From an uncultured Eubacteriales bacterium (GTDB lineage: Bacteria; Acidobacteriota; Aminicenantia; Aminicenantales; Aminicenantaceae), in assembly GCA_964557845.1 (NCBI GenBank), contig CAZLBV010000240.1, positions 1-54,286 on the forward strand: DNA of 54,286 nucleotides, given 5' to 3'. Below the pieces are notes generated by a model, which had not been told where the DNA came from, did not search any database, and was given only the letters and a program-made list of their open reading frames with translations. Positions 37,093-47,956 of the stretch are shown piece after piece. Every line of letters begins with the position of its first letter. Within the stretch, counting starts at the first letter, position 1. The translations under genes and the position numbers were made by a program.

Positions 37093-38790
37093 ATGATAAG
37101 GCATCTAAGGATCAGAAACCTTGCAACCATCGAAGATCTGGAGATAGATTTTTCCGATGGTTTTTCAATCCTTACCGGAGAAACCGGCACTGGAAAATCC
37201 GTCATTATGGGATGTATACGTCTGGTTTTAGGTGAGAAAGGATCTGTGGATCTCCTAAGGACCGGAAAAGCCGATGCATCGGTTGAAGCAATCTTTCAAC
37301 TTACCGTGCTTTCTCCAGATTTAAAGAATTTTTCTCAGGAAGGAGATGAAAATACATTTTATCTGCAAAGAAATCTGATGGAGAGCGGAGGCGGGCGGGC
37401 CTATATAAACGGAACTCTTGTCCCGATTAAAAAGATCAAGGAGAATTCTGAATATTTCATCGATTTTTACGGACAGAACGACCATATATTTCTGCGGCAA
37501 TCAGAAAACCAACTGGATTATCTTGATTCCTTTGCCCAAACCTTTCCCTTAAGAAAAGATGTTGCCCAAACAGCTCAATTGCTAAGGAAACTCACAACTC
37601 AAAAAAATGAACTCGAACGCAAAGAACAAGAAAGGGCTCACCAGCTTGATTTTCTTGACTACCAGATCAAAGAAATCGAAAAAGCGGGGCTTTCACCTGG
37701 AGAAGAAGAAGAAATCAGAGCTGAACGAGAAATCCTTAGGAATGCAGAAAAGATCAATTCCCTGGTCGAAGAGGCTTTTGAATTAGCCTATAATAATGAT
37801 TCATCCATTTCAGCCTTGCTTTCACGACTTACCAATATTATTTCTCAGCTTTCGATCTACAGCCAGGAATTTAAGGAAATCGATGAAACTATTACTCAAT
37901 TCTCTATCTCTATAAGAGAATTCTCTGATTTCCTGATAAAATTCAAGGAAAGGCATGCCAATTCTTCCGAGAAACTTGACAGCCATGAAGAGAGATTAAA
38001 TCAGATTGAAAAACTTAAAAGAAAATACGGACCGAGCATTGATGATATTCTTGCTTTTTTAAAAAATGCAAAAAATGAATTTGAGGAACTGAGCATTAGT
38101 GAAGAAAAATTAGCTGGCTTAAATAAAGAAGTCCAGGAGACTTTTGAAGAATACTGTGAAAAGTCCGAAAGATTATCTCGTTTCAGGCAGGTAAAGGCAA
38201 AAGAACTGGAACAACTGATCGAAAATGAGATTGGGCTTTTAGGGATGACTAAAGCTAAATTTAAAATACTCATAAACTCGGTTCCACCTGATAAAAATCT
38301 AACCGAAAAAATTAAAGATAATGGTATAGATGAAATCCAATTTCTGATCAGCCCTAATCCTGGAGAAAGCCCAAAGCCCTTAGCGAAAATAGCCTCCGGG
38401 GGAGAATTATCCAGGGTTATGCTCGCCCTAAAATCCATAGGGAAACAATTAGACTCGATGAAAACCCTAATCTTTGATGAGATCGATTCCGGTATCGGCG
38501 GGAAGACCGCGGATTTTGTTGCCCAGAAACTCAAAGATCTGGCGAAAACTAATCAGGTGATCTGTATTACCCATCTTCCTCAGATCGCTTCCTGTGCCTC
38601 TGATCATTTCCGGATAGATAAAAAAATAGAGAAAAACAGAACATACACGATCGTGAAAAAACTGGAATTCAACCAGAGAATCGAAGAGATCGCCCGTCTT
38701 CAAGCAGGCAGTCACATAACGGAAACATCCTTGAAGAATGCTCGAGAAATGCTGGAAAGCCATTGCGTTGATACAAAGAATCATTCCTGA
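37093..38790 (+). CDS. recN: DNA repair protein RecN
   Basis: TGETGTGKS, coiled coil, ASGGELSRVMLALK, FDEIDSG, ITHLPQIA. Confidence 0.95.
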   Translation: MIRHLRIRNLATIEDLEIDFSDGFSILTGETGTGKSVIMGCIRLVLGEKGSVDLLRTGKADASVEAIFQLTVLSPDLKNFSQEGDENTFYLQRNLMESGGGRAYINGTLVPIKKIKENSEYFIDFYGQNDHIFLRQSENQLDYLDSFAQTFPLRKDVAQTAQLLRKLTTQKNELERKEQERAHQLDFLDYQIKEIEKAGLSPGEEEEIRAEREILRNAEKINSLVEEAFELAYNNDSSISALLSRLTNIISQLSIYSQEFKEIDETITQFSISIREFSDFLIKFKERHANSSEKLDSHEERLNQIEKLKRKYGPSIDDILAFLKNAKNEFEELSISEEKLAGLNKEVQETFEEYCEKSERLSRFRQVKAKELEQLIENEIGLLGMTKAKFKILINSVPPDKNLTEKIKDNGIDEIQFLISPNPGESPKPLAKIASGGELSRVMLALKSIGKQLDSMKTLIFDEIDSGIGGKTADFVAQKLKDLAKTNQVICITHLPQIASCASDHFRIDKKIEKNRTYTIVKKLEFNQRIEEIARLQAGSHITETSLKNAREMLESHCVDTKNHS

Positions 38791-38791
38791 A

Positions 38792-40138
38792 ATGTCCACC
38801 CTTAAAAACAAAACCTTTTATATTCATACCTTTGGGTGTCAGATGAATGAAAATGACTCTGAACGGATAGCCGGTTATTTACAGGCTGAAGGAGCTAAAA
38901 AAACGGATGTAATTGAAAATAGCGATGTGATCATCATCAATACCTGCGCAGTAAGAGAAAAATCAGTAGAAAAACTGTATTCACTCTTAGGCCGGGTAGC
39001 TCAGATAAAAAATCATAAAAAGATCCTCCTAGGCGTGGCCGGATGTGTCGCCCAGCTCTATCGGTCCAGGCTCATCACAAGCAGACCTTTTATCGATTTC
39101 GTTATCGGCCCGGATAATTACCATCTTCTTGTTCCGAGGATCAATTCGATCGAACACGATAAAATCGTATTGACTGAAAGGCACCGCCATTGGGAAAATA
39201 CTCCACCTACCCTGTTTAGCCGGGAGCATCCAGTGATCGCATATATCACGATCATGGAAGGATGCAACAATTTCTGTACCTACTGTATCGTCCCATTTAC
39301 TCGGGGAAGAGAAAAATATCGGCCCAAAAAAGCGATTTTAGAGGAAGCGGCTTACTTATCAGCTCAGGGATACAAAGAAATACAATTATTAGGTCAGAAT
39401 GTTAATTCTTACCTTGATCCAGATTCTGATACTGATTTTAATGGTCTCCTTGAAGAAGTCGATAAAATTAAATCGTTGGAGTGGGTTCGGTTCATAACCT
39501 CTCACCCTAAAAATTTTAATCTTGAAACAGCACGAATCATGAAAGATTCAGAAAAAATCTGCCCACAACTGCACCTTCCAGTCCAGGCTGGATCAAATTC
39601 AGTCTTAAAAAGGATGAAACGGGGATATAACAGGGAAGAATATTTAGAAAAAATACATAAAATCAAGGAGTTAATGCCTGATATCAACCTCAGCACCGAC
39701 ATAATTGTGGGATTTCCGGGTGAGACAGATAAAGATTTTCAAAAAACATTAGATGTTTTGCAAGAAGTCGAGTACAGCAATATTTTTTCCTTCCGTTATT
39801 CACCACGTCCTTATACCAAAGCTTCTTTGTGGGAGGATTCTGTTCCGCTCTCCGTAAAAAGGGAACGATTGATCCAGGTTCAATCACTGCAAAAAAACAT
39901 CCAGCTAAAAAACAATAGAAAGTTGATCGGAAGCAGAATGAAAGTGCTCTGTACCGGATTTAGTAAAAAAGACAAGAATAAATACAACGGAAGAAACCAA
40001 GGATTTCAAGTCATTAATTTTTATTCAGACAATGATTCTCTCAACCAATTCGTAAATGTTCAGATAACCGGCTGCGGCCCTTACAGCCTACATGGAAATA
40101 TCAATATTACAGCCATTCCCAAGATTACCCAAACTTAA
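38792..40138 (+). CDS. miaB: tRNA methylthiotransferase MiaB
   Basis: TFGCQMNENDSE, NTCAVRE, GCVAQ, CNNFCTYC, TSHP, YSPRP, TRAM domain; start taken at ATG 38792 just after the recN stop. Confidence 0.93.
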   Translation: MSTLKNKTFYIHTFGCQMNENDSERIAGYLQAEGAKKTDVIENSDVIIINTCAVREKSVEKLYSLLGRVAQIKNHKKILLGVAGCVAQLYRSRLITSRPFIDFVIGPDNYHLLVPRINSIEHDKIVLTERHRHWENTPPTLFSREHPVIAYITIMEGCNNFCTYCIVPFTRGREKYRPKKAILEEAAYLSAQGYKEIQLLGQNVNSYLDPDSDTDFNGLLEEVDKIKSLEWVRFITSHPKNFNLETARIMKDSEKICPQLHLPVQAGSNSVLKRMKRGYNREEYLEKIHKIKELMPDINLSTDIIVGFPGETDKDFQKTLDVLQEVEYSNIFSFRYSPRPYTKASLWEDSVPLSVKRERLIQVQSLQKNIQLKNNRKLIGSRMKVLCTGFSKKDKNKYNGRNQGFQVINFYSDNDSLNQFVNVQITGCGPYSLHGNINITAIPKITQT

Positions 40139-40158
40139 CTTTCCTTTTCAAAAATAGT

Positions 40159-40218
40159 TAATCTGAACTATTCAGGTTAAATGGATTCATTGAAATCAAT
40201 GATGTTTTATGCTATATG
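40159..40218 (+). promoter_or_regulatory. Hairpin after miaB plus putative hppA promoter/operator
   Basis: TTAATCTGAA-CTA-TTCAGGTTAA hairpin; TCATTGA-AA-TCAATGA palindrome (40187-40202) over TTGAAA; TGnTATAT extended -10. Confidence 0.45.
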
Positions 40219-40250
40219 TCATTAAACATTTTTTATATAAGTTGAGAAAG

Positions 40251-42209
40251 ATGATAACAATAACTCCTTATTTATTTATTTTAGGATTTGCAGGCCTCGG
40301 ATTAGCCATCACCATCTATTTTCTGATCCAAAAGCACCCCAGCGGTAATAAGAATATGCAGGAAATTTCTGAAGCTATCCATTCTGGGGCAATGGTTTTC
40401 TTGAAAAGAGAATATTATTTTATAATAAGCTTCATAGCATTTGTATTTTTAATCCTATGGAAATTATTCTCTATTTACACCAGCTTAGCCTTTTTGACGG
40501 GGGCAAGTTTCTCCATGCTGGCTGGTTTTATCGGATTAAAGGCTTCGACCAGATCTGCGGTAAGAACCACTCAGGGAGCCATTGAGGGAGGAATGACCAG
40601 GGCTCTTTCCATTGCTTTTCAAGGGGGCTCGGTCATGGGAATCTCAGTAGCAGCTTTAGGTTTAGCCGGCCTCGGTTTATTCTATTTTTTCACAAAAGAT
40701 CCGATAATAATCAATGGCTTCGCCATGGGAGCAAGCTCGGTCGCCTTATTCGCACGAGTCGGCGGTGGCATCTACACCAAGAGTGCCGATGTAGGGGCTG
40801 ATCTAGTGGGAAAAGTCGAGGCTAAAATCCCGGAGGATGACCCGCGAAACCCTGGTGTGATCGCAGATAATGTGGGAGATAATGTAGGAGACACAGCAGG
40901 GATGGGGGCAGATCTGTTTGAATCATATGTCGGTTCTGTGGTTGCATCGATGGCCCTCGGAGCTACCATGACACCATCCTTAAATTATATGTCTTTTCCC
41001 TTATTTCTCATCGGAATAGGATTTCTTTGTTCTATAATTGGAGTTTTTTCGATCAAGATTTTAAAAAAATTCAATCCTCAATCTGCATTACGAAATTCCA
41101 CCTATATAAGCGCTTTCGTCTTCCTATTGGGAGCCTTTTTTTCCACTAAAGCCATCATTGGCGATCTCGATATTTTTTGGGTCGTATTTACCGGAATGTT
41201 GGCAGGTGTTTTGATCGGACTGGAAAGCGAATATTTTACCTCAGGTCCTCCTATAAAAACTTTAGCTAAAACAGCAAGAACAGGCAGTGCACCTTTGATT
41301 ATAACCGGATTAGCTATCGGCTTTAAAAGTACTATATTACCTCTTTCGACTATAGCTGCCGCCATCTACATTTCTTATAATCTTGCCGGACTTTATGGGA
41401 TTGCTCTGGCGGCAGTGGGAATGCTGGCAACCATTGGTATTGTCATGACAACGGATAGTTACGGGCCGATTGCTGATAATGCCGGAGGTATCGCTGAAAT
41501 GGCTGGGGCAGGTAAAGAAATCCGCTCAATCACAGATAAACTCGATGCGTGCGGCAACACTACTGCGGCCATTGGTAAAGGATTTGCTATAGGTTCTGGA
41601 GCCTTAACCGCTCTGGCATTATTTTCCGCCTACCAAAAGACTGCTAATATAAATGAAATCAGTTTGACCAATTCTGATACTATTGTCGGATTGTTGTTAG
41701 GTGCTCTCATGCCTTTTGCGATCGCTTCGGCTACTCTGAGTTCAGTCGGCAGGGCTGCCGATAAGATGGTGGTGGAAATCCGGCGGCAATTCCGAGAGAT
41801 CAAAGGATTAATGGAGGGAAAGGCTAAACCGGACTCAAACCGCTGTATCGATATAGTTACACGCAGTTCCTTAAAAGAGATGGTTTTCCCAGGGATATCC
41901 GCGATAGTCGCTCCGCTTCTGGTCGGTTTCATCATTGGGCCTGAAGCTTTGGGAGGATTTTTGGCCGGAGCAACCTCGACAGGGGTTTTACTGGGAATTT
42001 TCATGGCTAACACTGGCGCATCCTGGGACAATGCCAAAAAATGGATCGAGGAAGGAAATCTCGGCGGTAAAGGGACCGAGGTACACGCAGCAGCAGTTAT
42101 TGGAGATACGGTGGGAGATCCGCTAAAAGATACAGCCGGTCCTTCAATGAACATATTGATAAAACTTATGGCGGTAGTCAGTCTGGTTTTTGCCCCTTTG
42201 ATCATGTGA
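40251..42209 (+). CDS. hppA: Membrane pyrophosphatase, K+-dependent, probably Na+-translocating
   Basis: [40 protein letters not shown] (Ala = K+-dependent), [10 protein letters not shown]; start 40251 (track gives 40209). Confidence 0.93.
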   Translation: MITITPYLFILGFAGLGLAITIYFLIQKHPSGNKNMQEISEAIHSGAMVFLKREYYFIISFIAFVFLILWKLFSIYTSLAFLTGASFSMLAGFIGLKASTRSAVRTTQGAIEGGMTRALSIAFQGGSVMGISVAALGLAGLGLFYFFTKDPIIINGFAMGASSVALFARVGGGIYTKSADVGADLVGKVEAKIPEDDPRNPGVIADNVGDNVGDTAGMGADLFESYVGSVVASMALGATMTPSLNYMSFPLFLIGIGFLCSIIGVFSIKILKKFNPQSALRNSTYISAFVFLLGAFFSTKAIIGDLDIFWVVFTGMLAGVLIGLESEYFTSGPPIKTLAKTARTGSAPLIITGLAIGFKSTILPLSTIAAAIYISYNLAGLYGIALAAVGMLATIGIVMTTDSYGPIADNAGGIAEMAGAGKEIRSITDKLDACGNTTAAIGKGFAIGSGALTALALFSAYQKTANINEISLTNSDTIVGLLLGALMPFAIASATLSSVGRAADKMVVEIRRQFREIKGLMEGKAKPDSNRCIDIVTRSSLKEMVFPGISAIVAPLLVGFIIGPEALGGFLAGATSTGVLLGIFMANTGASWDNAKKWIEEGNLGGKGTEVHAAAVIGDTVGDPLKDTAGPSMNILIKLMAVVSLVFAPLIM

Positions 42210-42298
42210 GTTTATCATTCACTTGATCAAAATCGGGTATCTTATCCAGTTTTAACCTCGCTCAATCATAAATATCAGGGGAAATTAAGTGAGAACAT

Positions 42299-42327
42299 TT
42301 GCTATTATCATTTATTTCAGTTATAAT
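42299..42327 (+). promoter_or_regulatory. sigma70-type promoter of the nusA-infB operon
   Basis: TTGCTA-17 nt-TATAAT, 50 nt upstream of the nusA ATG. Confidence 0.7.
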
Positions 42328-42377
42328 TTTTGATTCATAATTCTCCTGATTTAGTAACAATTTAGGCAGATATAAAG

Positions 42378-43406
42378 ATGAAAGTTAATGTATGGAATAC
42401 TATCGTCCAACTCAGTAAAGAGAGAGGAGTCGATACTGGGGTTATCGTTAACGCCATCGAAGAATCACTGCTGGTCGCTTCGTCTAAATATTTCAACCAC
42501 AATGAAAAGGTTAACATCGATTTCAAACCGGAAAAAGGTGAATTGAGAGTGTATTCTGTAAAACAGATCAGTAAAACTCCTAAAGATCCAGCCCTAGAGA
42601 TCTCCTTACAAGAAGCAAAAAAAATCGACCAAAAAGCTGCGTTAGGAAACTATATCGAATTGGACCTGCCCTCAGAAACATTGGGAAGAATCGCAGCTCA
42701 AGCGGCTAAACAAGTTATTTTTCAAAAAGTCAGAAGCGCAGAACAGGAAAAAATCTATAATACTTTTACTAAACGTAAAGGAGATATTGTAACCGGAGTA
42801 GTGAGGCGGCAGGAAACCAATAAGAATTTTATTATCGAAGTGAATAGAACCGAAGCCCTTTTTCCATATCGGGAAAAATTACCCAACGAAAACTTCCGGC
42901 GGGGAGATCGGGTAAAAGCTGTCATCACTCAAGTCCTAAAAGAAACCAAAGGCCCTCAGATAATCGTTTCCAGGGCTGATCCAAGACTTTTATCTAAATT
43001 ATTAGAATTGGAGATCCCGGAGATCAACAATGGCAATATTCAAATCAAAGATATCGTACGTCAACCAGGAGACCGGGCTAAAGTAGGTGTTTTTACTAAA
43101 GAGAAGGATATAGACCCTATCGGGGCCTGTATTGGAGTTAAGGGAAATAGAATCCTGTCTATAAGTCAAGAACTTCAGGGAGAAAAAATCGACGTGGTTC
43201 TTTGGTCTGATGATCCAAGGAAGTACGCGAAAGCAGCACTCAGTCCTGCGAAAGTTAAGAATGTTACCATTCTTAACCAAACTGAAAGGGTTCTACAAGC
43301 CCTTGTCTCTAAAGACCAATTATCCCTTGCAATTGGCAAGAAAGGTATTAATGTCAGACTGGCCTCTATGCTGGTTGGATGGAAAATAGAAATCAAAAAT
43401 GAATAG
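42378..43406 (+). CDS. nusA: Transcription termination/antitermination factor NusA
   Basis: GRIAAQAAKQVI, S1 domain, GACIG.KG.RI, LAIGKKGINVRLA. Confidence 0.95.
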   Translation: MKVNVWNTIVQLSKERGVDTGVIVNAIEESLLVASSKYFNHNEKVNIDFKPEKGELRVYSVKQISKTPKDPALEISLQEAKKIDQKAALGNYIELDLPSETLGRIAAQAAKQVIFQKVRSAEQEKIYNTFTKRKGDIVTGVVRRQETNKNFIIEVNRTEALFPYREKLPNENFRRGDRVKAVITQVLKETKGPQIIVSRADPRLLSKLLELEIPEINNGNIQIKDIVRQPGDRAKVGVFTKEKDIDPIGACIGVKGNRILSISQELQGEKIDVVLWSDDPRKYAKAALSPAKVKNVTILNQTERVLQALVSKDQLSLAIGKKGINVRLASMLVGWKIEIKNE

Positions 43407-43431
43407 TTTTTGATCTGGAGAATAGATAATT

Positions 43432-45231
43432 ATGACTACACAAGCGAACAAAAATACGGAAAAGAAAAAAGAATCTTCGGAGAAAACCCCTCCAAAAATT
43501 AACATATTAGAGGGAATGAATATTAAAGATCTTTCCATCCAGTTGGGGATACAACCAAAACATCTATTGGATAAACTGAGCGCCAAGGGGATTTCTCTGG
43601 GAGTTAATGATACTATCAATGAATCAATCGCCAAAACTATATCGGAAATTTATAAATTCCAACTGGTTATAATTCCGATCGAAGAATATCTCCGAACTAT
43701 GGCGAAAAATGATCAAGAAAACATGCTTCCAAAACCGCCTGTAGTCACTATTATGGGTCACGTTGATCACGGAAAAACAACTTTGTTGGATTCGATCCGA
43801 AAATCCAACTTAGTAAAAAGAGAATCTGGAGGAATCACCCAACATATCGGAGCCTATCGGATCGAATTCAAAAACCATCCCATCACTTTTATTGACACTC
43901 CAGGTCATGAAGCTTTTACTCAGCTCCGTGCTAGAGGAGCAAATCTCACCGATATCGTTGTTCTCATTGTGGCAGCAGATGATGGTGTTATGCCTCAAAC
44001 TAGGGAAGCCATTAACCATGCAAAAGCAGCAGAAGTGCCGATAATGGTCGCCATAAATAAAACAGATAAAGCCAATGCTGATATAGATAAAGTGAAACAA
44101 CAACTTTCCAAAGAGGGGCTGCTAGTAGAGGACTGGGGCGGCGATATCATCAGTGTAAATATTTCTGCTTTAGAAAACACTAATTTGAATGAACTGTTGG
44201 AAATGATCTTATTGCTGAGCGAAGTTTCCGAGATAAAAGGAAATCCCAATGTTAATGCCCAAGGCGTCATTCTTGAAGCAAAACTGGATTCCCGAAAGGG
44301 ACCTGTGGCCACTGTTATTATACAGCATGGAACTCTGCATTTGGGAGAAGCATTTATTTCCGGAACATGCTATGGTAAAGCCCGCGCTTTATTTGATGAA
44401 AGTGGAAATCCTTTAGAAGAAGCTGAAATATCCTTTCCAGTGGAAGTGCTGGGGTTTTCAGATGTACCAACTGCAGGAGATTATTTTGCAGTGGTCAATG
44501 ACATAGAAACAGCCAAAAAAATATCCCAGTTCCGCTTATCTCAAATTAAAAAGAAGGATACCAGAAGACCGGAACACTTGACTCTTGACCAATTGTTTAA
44601 AGAGATAGAAGAAGGAGAAGTAAAAGAGCTTCTATTGATCATAAAAGCCGATGTACAAGGTTCGGTTGAAGTCCTCCAGAGCCTACTGCCTAACCTCAGT
44701 AACGACAAGGTTAAAATAAATATAACCCATGCTGCCACCGGAAAAATAACAGAAAGTGATGTTATGCTGGCATCGGCCTCGAATGCGATTATCATTGGTT
44801 ACAATACTAAAGCTCCTCAGAGTATAATCGATCTTGCCAAGGAAGAAAATGTAGAGATCAGACAATATAACATCATATATCAACTTACAGATGACATAAA
44901 AAAAGCCATGAAGGGGCTCCTCGAACCTGAAATAAAAGAAATATATCTGGGAAGAGCTGACGTAAGAAGAATCTTTAACATTCCTCGAGTGGGGGTAATT
45001 GCAGGCTGCCTTGTCACTGATGGTAAAATCAGCAGAAATGCTGAAATTCGGATTATCCGGAATAACAAGATAATCCATAAAGGAAAAATTTCATCTCTTA
45101 AGCATTTAAAAAATAACGTCACCGAAGTAAAAAAAGATCTTGAATGCGGGATTGGAATAGCTAATTTTAAGGAATTAGAGGAAGGTGACATTATTGAGGC
45201 GTATCAGAAGGAAAAAGTAAAATCTGAATAA
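43432..45231 (+). CDS. infB: Translation initiation factor IF-2 (short N-terminus)
   Basis: MGHVDHGKTT, GGITQHIG, DTPGHEAF, KADVQGS, ECGI. Confidence 0.96.
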   Translation: MTTQANKNTEKKKESSEKTPPKINILEGMNIKDLSIQLGIQPKHLLDKLSAKGISLGVNDTINESIAKTISEIYKFQLVIIPIEEYLRTMAKNDQENMLPKPPVVTIMGHVDHGKTTLLDSIRKSNLVKRESGGITQHIGAYRIEFKNHPITFIDTPGHEAFTQLRARGANLTDIVVLIVAADDGVMPQTREAINHAKAAEVPIMVAINKTDKANADIDKVKQQLSKEGLLVEDWGGDIISVNISALENTNLNELLEMILLLSEVSEIKGNPNVNAQGVILEAKLDSRKGPVATVIIQHGTLHLGEAFISGTCYGKARALFDESGNPLEEAEISFPVEVLGFSDVPTAGDYFAVVNDIETAKKISQFRLSQIKKKDTRRPEHLTLDQLFKEIEEGEVKELLLIIKADVQGSVEVLQSLLPNLSNDKVKINITHAATGKITESDVMLASASNAIIIGYNTKAPQSIIDLAKEENVEIRQYNIIYQLTDDIKKAMKGLLEPEIKEIYLGRADVRRIFNIPRVGVIAGCLVTDGKISRNAEIRIIRNNKIIHKGKISSLKHLKNNVTEVKKDLECGIGIANFKELEEGDIIEAYQKEKVKSE

Positions 45232-45249
45232 TTTATCTATTCAAGGACT

Positions 45250-45531
45250 ATGATTATCGGATTGCTCAGTCTAGAGATATATTTACCTTTTTCCCATTCC
45301 TTAAAAGAAAAAAGAAAAAGACTGGTCAGAATAAGGGACCGGCTTAAATCCAAATATAATGTAGCCTTTTCTGAAATAGATTATCATGAGAAATGGCAGA
45401 GAACACTTATCGCGGTGGTCACGCTAAACGACCAGAAAATAATTGTGGAAAAGACCCTCAATAAAATTATTGATGAAGTTCATGAATTAATCGATGGGGA
45501 AATAATAAAAACTGCAATTAAATACTATTAA
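45250..45531 (+). CDS. DUF503 (YlxP-like) protein
   Basis: SLKEKR...YNVAFSE..WQR; usual position between infB and rbfA. Confidence 0.85.
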   Translation: MIIGLLSLEIYLPFSHSLKEKRKRLVRIRDRLKSKYNVAFSEIDYHEKWQRTLIAVVTLNDQKIIVEKTLNKIIDEVHELIDGEIIKTAIKYY

Positions 45532-45638
45532 ATGTTAATAATGATTTATAAAACTAAAATATGTTTTTCTTCATTTTTAAAAGTTCTTGACGGCGATTGA
45601 ATATTCATTAATTAAAAACAAATGAAAAGCATGTTCTA

Positions 45639-46004
45639 ATGAAAAAAGAAGAAAGCCGAAGACAAAAACAGGTTTCCAGTGTAATAAAAGAAACACTTGG
45701 ACTCCAGATCCTTGAAACCTTTCGTGACTCAATAAACGCTTTAGTCACAGTCTCTAAGGTAGAAATGACCAAAGACTTAAAAAAAGCCTATATCTATTTG
45801 AGTTTCTTTGGCCAAGAAGATAAAGACCTAGTCTTAACCAAGATCAAAAATAAATCAGGTTATCTAAGAAAAACGGTTGCTTCGAAAACAAAATTAAAGT
45901 ATAATCCCGAGCTAATTTTTTTTCTTGATTTGTCTCCAGAATATGAAGAAAAAATAGATCGGTTGATCAAAGCCGTCAATAAAGATGAAAAAAAGACAGG
46001 TTGA
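45639..46004 (+). CDS. rbfA: Ribosome-binding factor A
   Basis: VTVSKV.MTKDLK.A, LKYNPEL.F; operon context. Confidence 0.88.
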   Translation: MKKEESRRQKQVSSVIKETLGLQILETFRDSINALVTVSKVEMTKDLKKAYIYLSFFGQEDKDLVLTKIKNKSGYLRKTVASKTKLKYNPELIFFLDLSPEYEEKIDRLIKAVNKDEKKTG

Positions 46005-46974
46005 ACAAGTTGCCAAAAAAATAATTGAAAGTCAACGCATAGCGATTACTTCCCACCTTCGCCCAGATGGAGATTCGATCTGTACCGGCCTTGCTCTGTA
46101 TTTGATGGGAAAAAACCTGGGTAAAGAAATGGCGATCATCAATCATGACCCTACTCCCTTCCCATTCCATCTCTTTCCTGATGCTGAAAACATTACCATC
46201 GGCCAGATCCCTCCGGATAAATTTGATACTGTTATTCTGCTGGAATGCGCAAATATAGAGCGATCCGGCCATAAATACATTGATAATAGTTTTAAAATCA
46301 ATATAGATCATCATCATTCCAATGATTATTATGGTGATATCAATTGGGTAGAACCGGATGTAGCAGCTGTTGGATGCCTGATTTACTATTTAGGTGAGGA
46401 ACTTAAAGTGAATTTCACAACCAGGATCGCTAATCATCTCTATTGTGCAATAGTATCAGACACAGGCTCTTTTCAATTTTCCAATACAAATTCTCAATCG
46501 TTTAAAGTTTGTTACGAACTCACAAAAAAAGGGGCCTCCCCTGTCACTGTTTCTGAGCGTTTATTTTCCAACAACTCTCCTGAAAAGATAAAGCTATTAG
46601 GACTGGTTCTTTCGACTCTCCAAATAGAGAATAAGGGAAAGATAGCAGTGATCACCATGTTCAAGAAACACCTTAAGATGCTCAAATTAGATGAGATCGA
46701 TACAGAAGAAATCACCACGCTGGTCAGATCTATTAAAGGCGTTAAGGTCGTCCTTTTTTTAAAAGAGATTGAAGATAACATATTCAGGGTGAGTATCAGG
46801 TCTAAAGGAAGTGCAAACGCCGCAAAAATCGCGGAATATTTTAATGGCGGAGGACATTTACATGCTGCCGGATTTACTGCCCAGGGATCTTATAAATCTT
46901 TAATCAAGGCTATTCCCGAGAAGGTAAACCAGTTAATGATATTAGATACACCGTCAAAAACAGAAGACTGTTGA
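45985..46974 (+). CDS. nrnA: DHH/DHHA1 oligoribonuclease-PAP phosphatase
   Basis: H.RPDGD, IDHH, SDTGSF, GGGH.HAAG. Confidence 0.9.
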   Translation: MKKRQVEQVAKKIIESQRIAITSHLRPDGDSICTGLALYLMGKNLGKEMAIINHDPTPFPFHLFPDAENITIGQIPPDKFDTVILLECANIERSGHKYIDNSFKINIDHHHSNDYYGDINWVEPDVAAVGCLIYYLGEELKVNFTTRIANHLYCAIVSDTGSFQFSNTNSQSFKVCYELTKKGASPVTVSERLFSNNSPEKIKLLGLVLSTLQIENKGKIAVITMFKKHLKMLKLDEIDTEEITTLVRSIKGVKVVLFLKEIEDNIFRVSIRSKGSANAAKIAEYFNGGGHLHAAGFTAQGSYKSLIKAIPEKVNQLMILDTPSKTEDC

Positions 46975-47014
46975 TCTGATCAACCTGGACTATTCACGCA
47001 TCGAGTTAAACATT

Positions 47015-47944
47015 ATGGATGGCTTGATCCTAATCAATAAGTCTAAAGATATGACATCACATGATGTGGTGATCAAAATCAGAAAAATAACTGGAGAAAA
47101 AAGAGTAGGTCATTTTGGCACTCTAGATCCACTTGCCACTGGGCTGCTTATAATCGCACTTGGAAAAGCCACCCGATTTTTTCCTTTTTATTCCACGAAA
47201 GACAAAGTCTATCGGGGAGAACAAAGATTTGGATATGCCACCAACACCTATGATTCCACTGGTGATCGTATTTCTTCCCTAACCTTGGAATTTCCTGAGA
47301 AAAAAAAAGTACTCCAAGCCATGAAAAAATTTATTGGGGAGATACTGCAAATTCCTCCGCCTTTTTCGGCCAAAAAGTATAAAGGAAAACCGCTCTATTT
47401 CTATGCCAGGAAAAATGAAACAATAGAAGTTAAGCCTGAAAAGATCAAGATCTATACATTCAAACTTTTGGCTTATGATCCACCATTAATGCAGTTTGAG
47501 GTCAAATGTTCTGCAGGAACTTATATTCGCTCGCTTGTACACGACCTTGGTCAAAATTTGAACTGTGGAGCCCATTTAACAGCCTTGTGCCGCACGGAAT
47601 GCTCGGGATATTCTCTTGACAACAGTCATATTCTTAAGGATCTAGAAAGGTCTTCATCCCAAGAATTGATCGATGCCTTAATACCTATAAACGAAATGCT
47701 TCCGGAGTTTCCAAAATTAATACTTAAAGACTCAGCCATATCCTCTGCCTTGAACGGAAACATGATCACGATTGATGATATCGCCGCAATTAAAGACAAA
47801 GACAGCTCGGGTAAACCCGGATCCGAATTACTTGTCCGTCTTTTCAACCAAAATAATGAATTCATAGCGTTGGCAAAAAAGAGATCGGAAAAAAATTGTT
47901 TTCATCCTTTTTTAGTGCTTGACTCGCATCTATCTATACATTAA
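47015..47944 (+). CDS. truB: tRNA pseudouridine(55) synthase
   Basis: TSHDVV, GHFGTLDPLATG, PP.FSAKK, CSAGTYIRSL. Confidence 0.94.
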   Translation: MDGLILINKSKDMTSHDVVIKIRKITGEKRVGHFGTLDPLATGLLIIALGKATRFFPFYSTKDKVYRGEQRFGYATNTYDSTGDRISSLTLEFPEKKKVLQAMKKFIGEILQIPPPFSAKKYKGKPLYFYARKNETIEVKPEKIKIYTFKLLAYDPPLMQFEVKCSAGTYIRSLVHDLGQNLNCGAHLTALCRTECSGYSLDNSHILKDLERSSSQELIDALIPINEMLPEFPKLILKDSAISSALNGNMITIDDIAAIKDKDSSGKPGSELLVRLFNQNNEFIALAKKRSEKNCFHPFLVLDSHLSIH

Positions 47945-47956
47945 ATTTATGTCCTA

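Noticed and set aside
41630-42205. Long antisense ORFs (also 38001-38534 and others)
   Set aside because: They mirror conserved genes on the opposite strand, with no motifs or ribosome-binding sites
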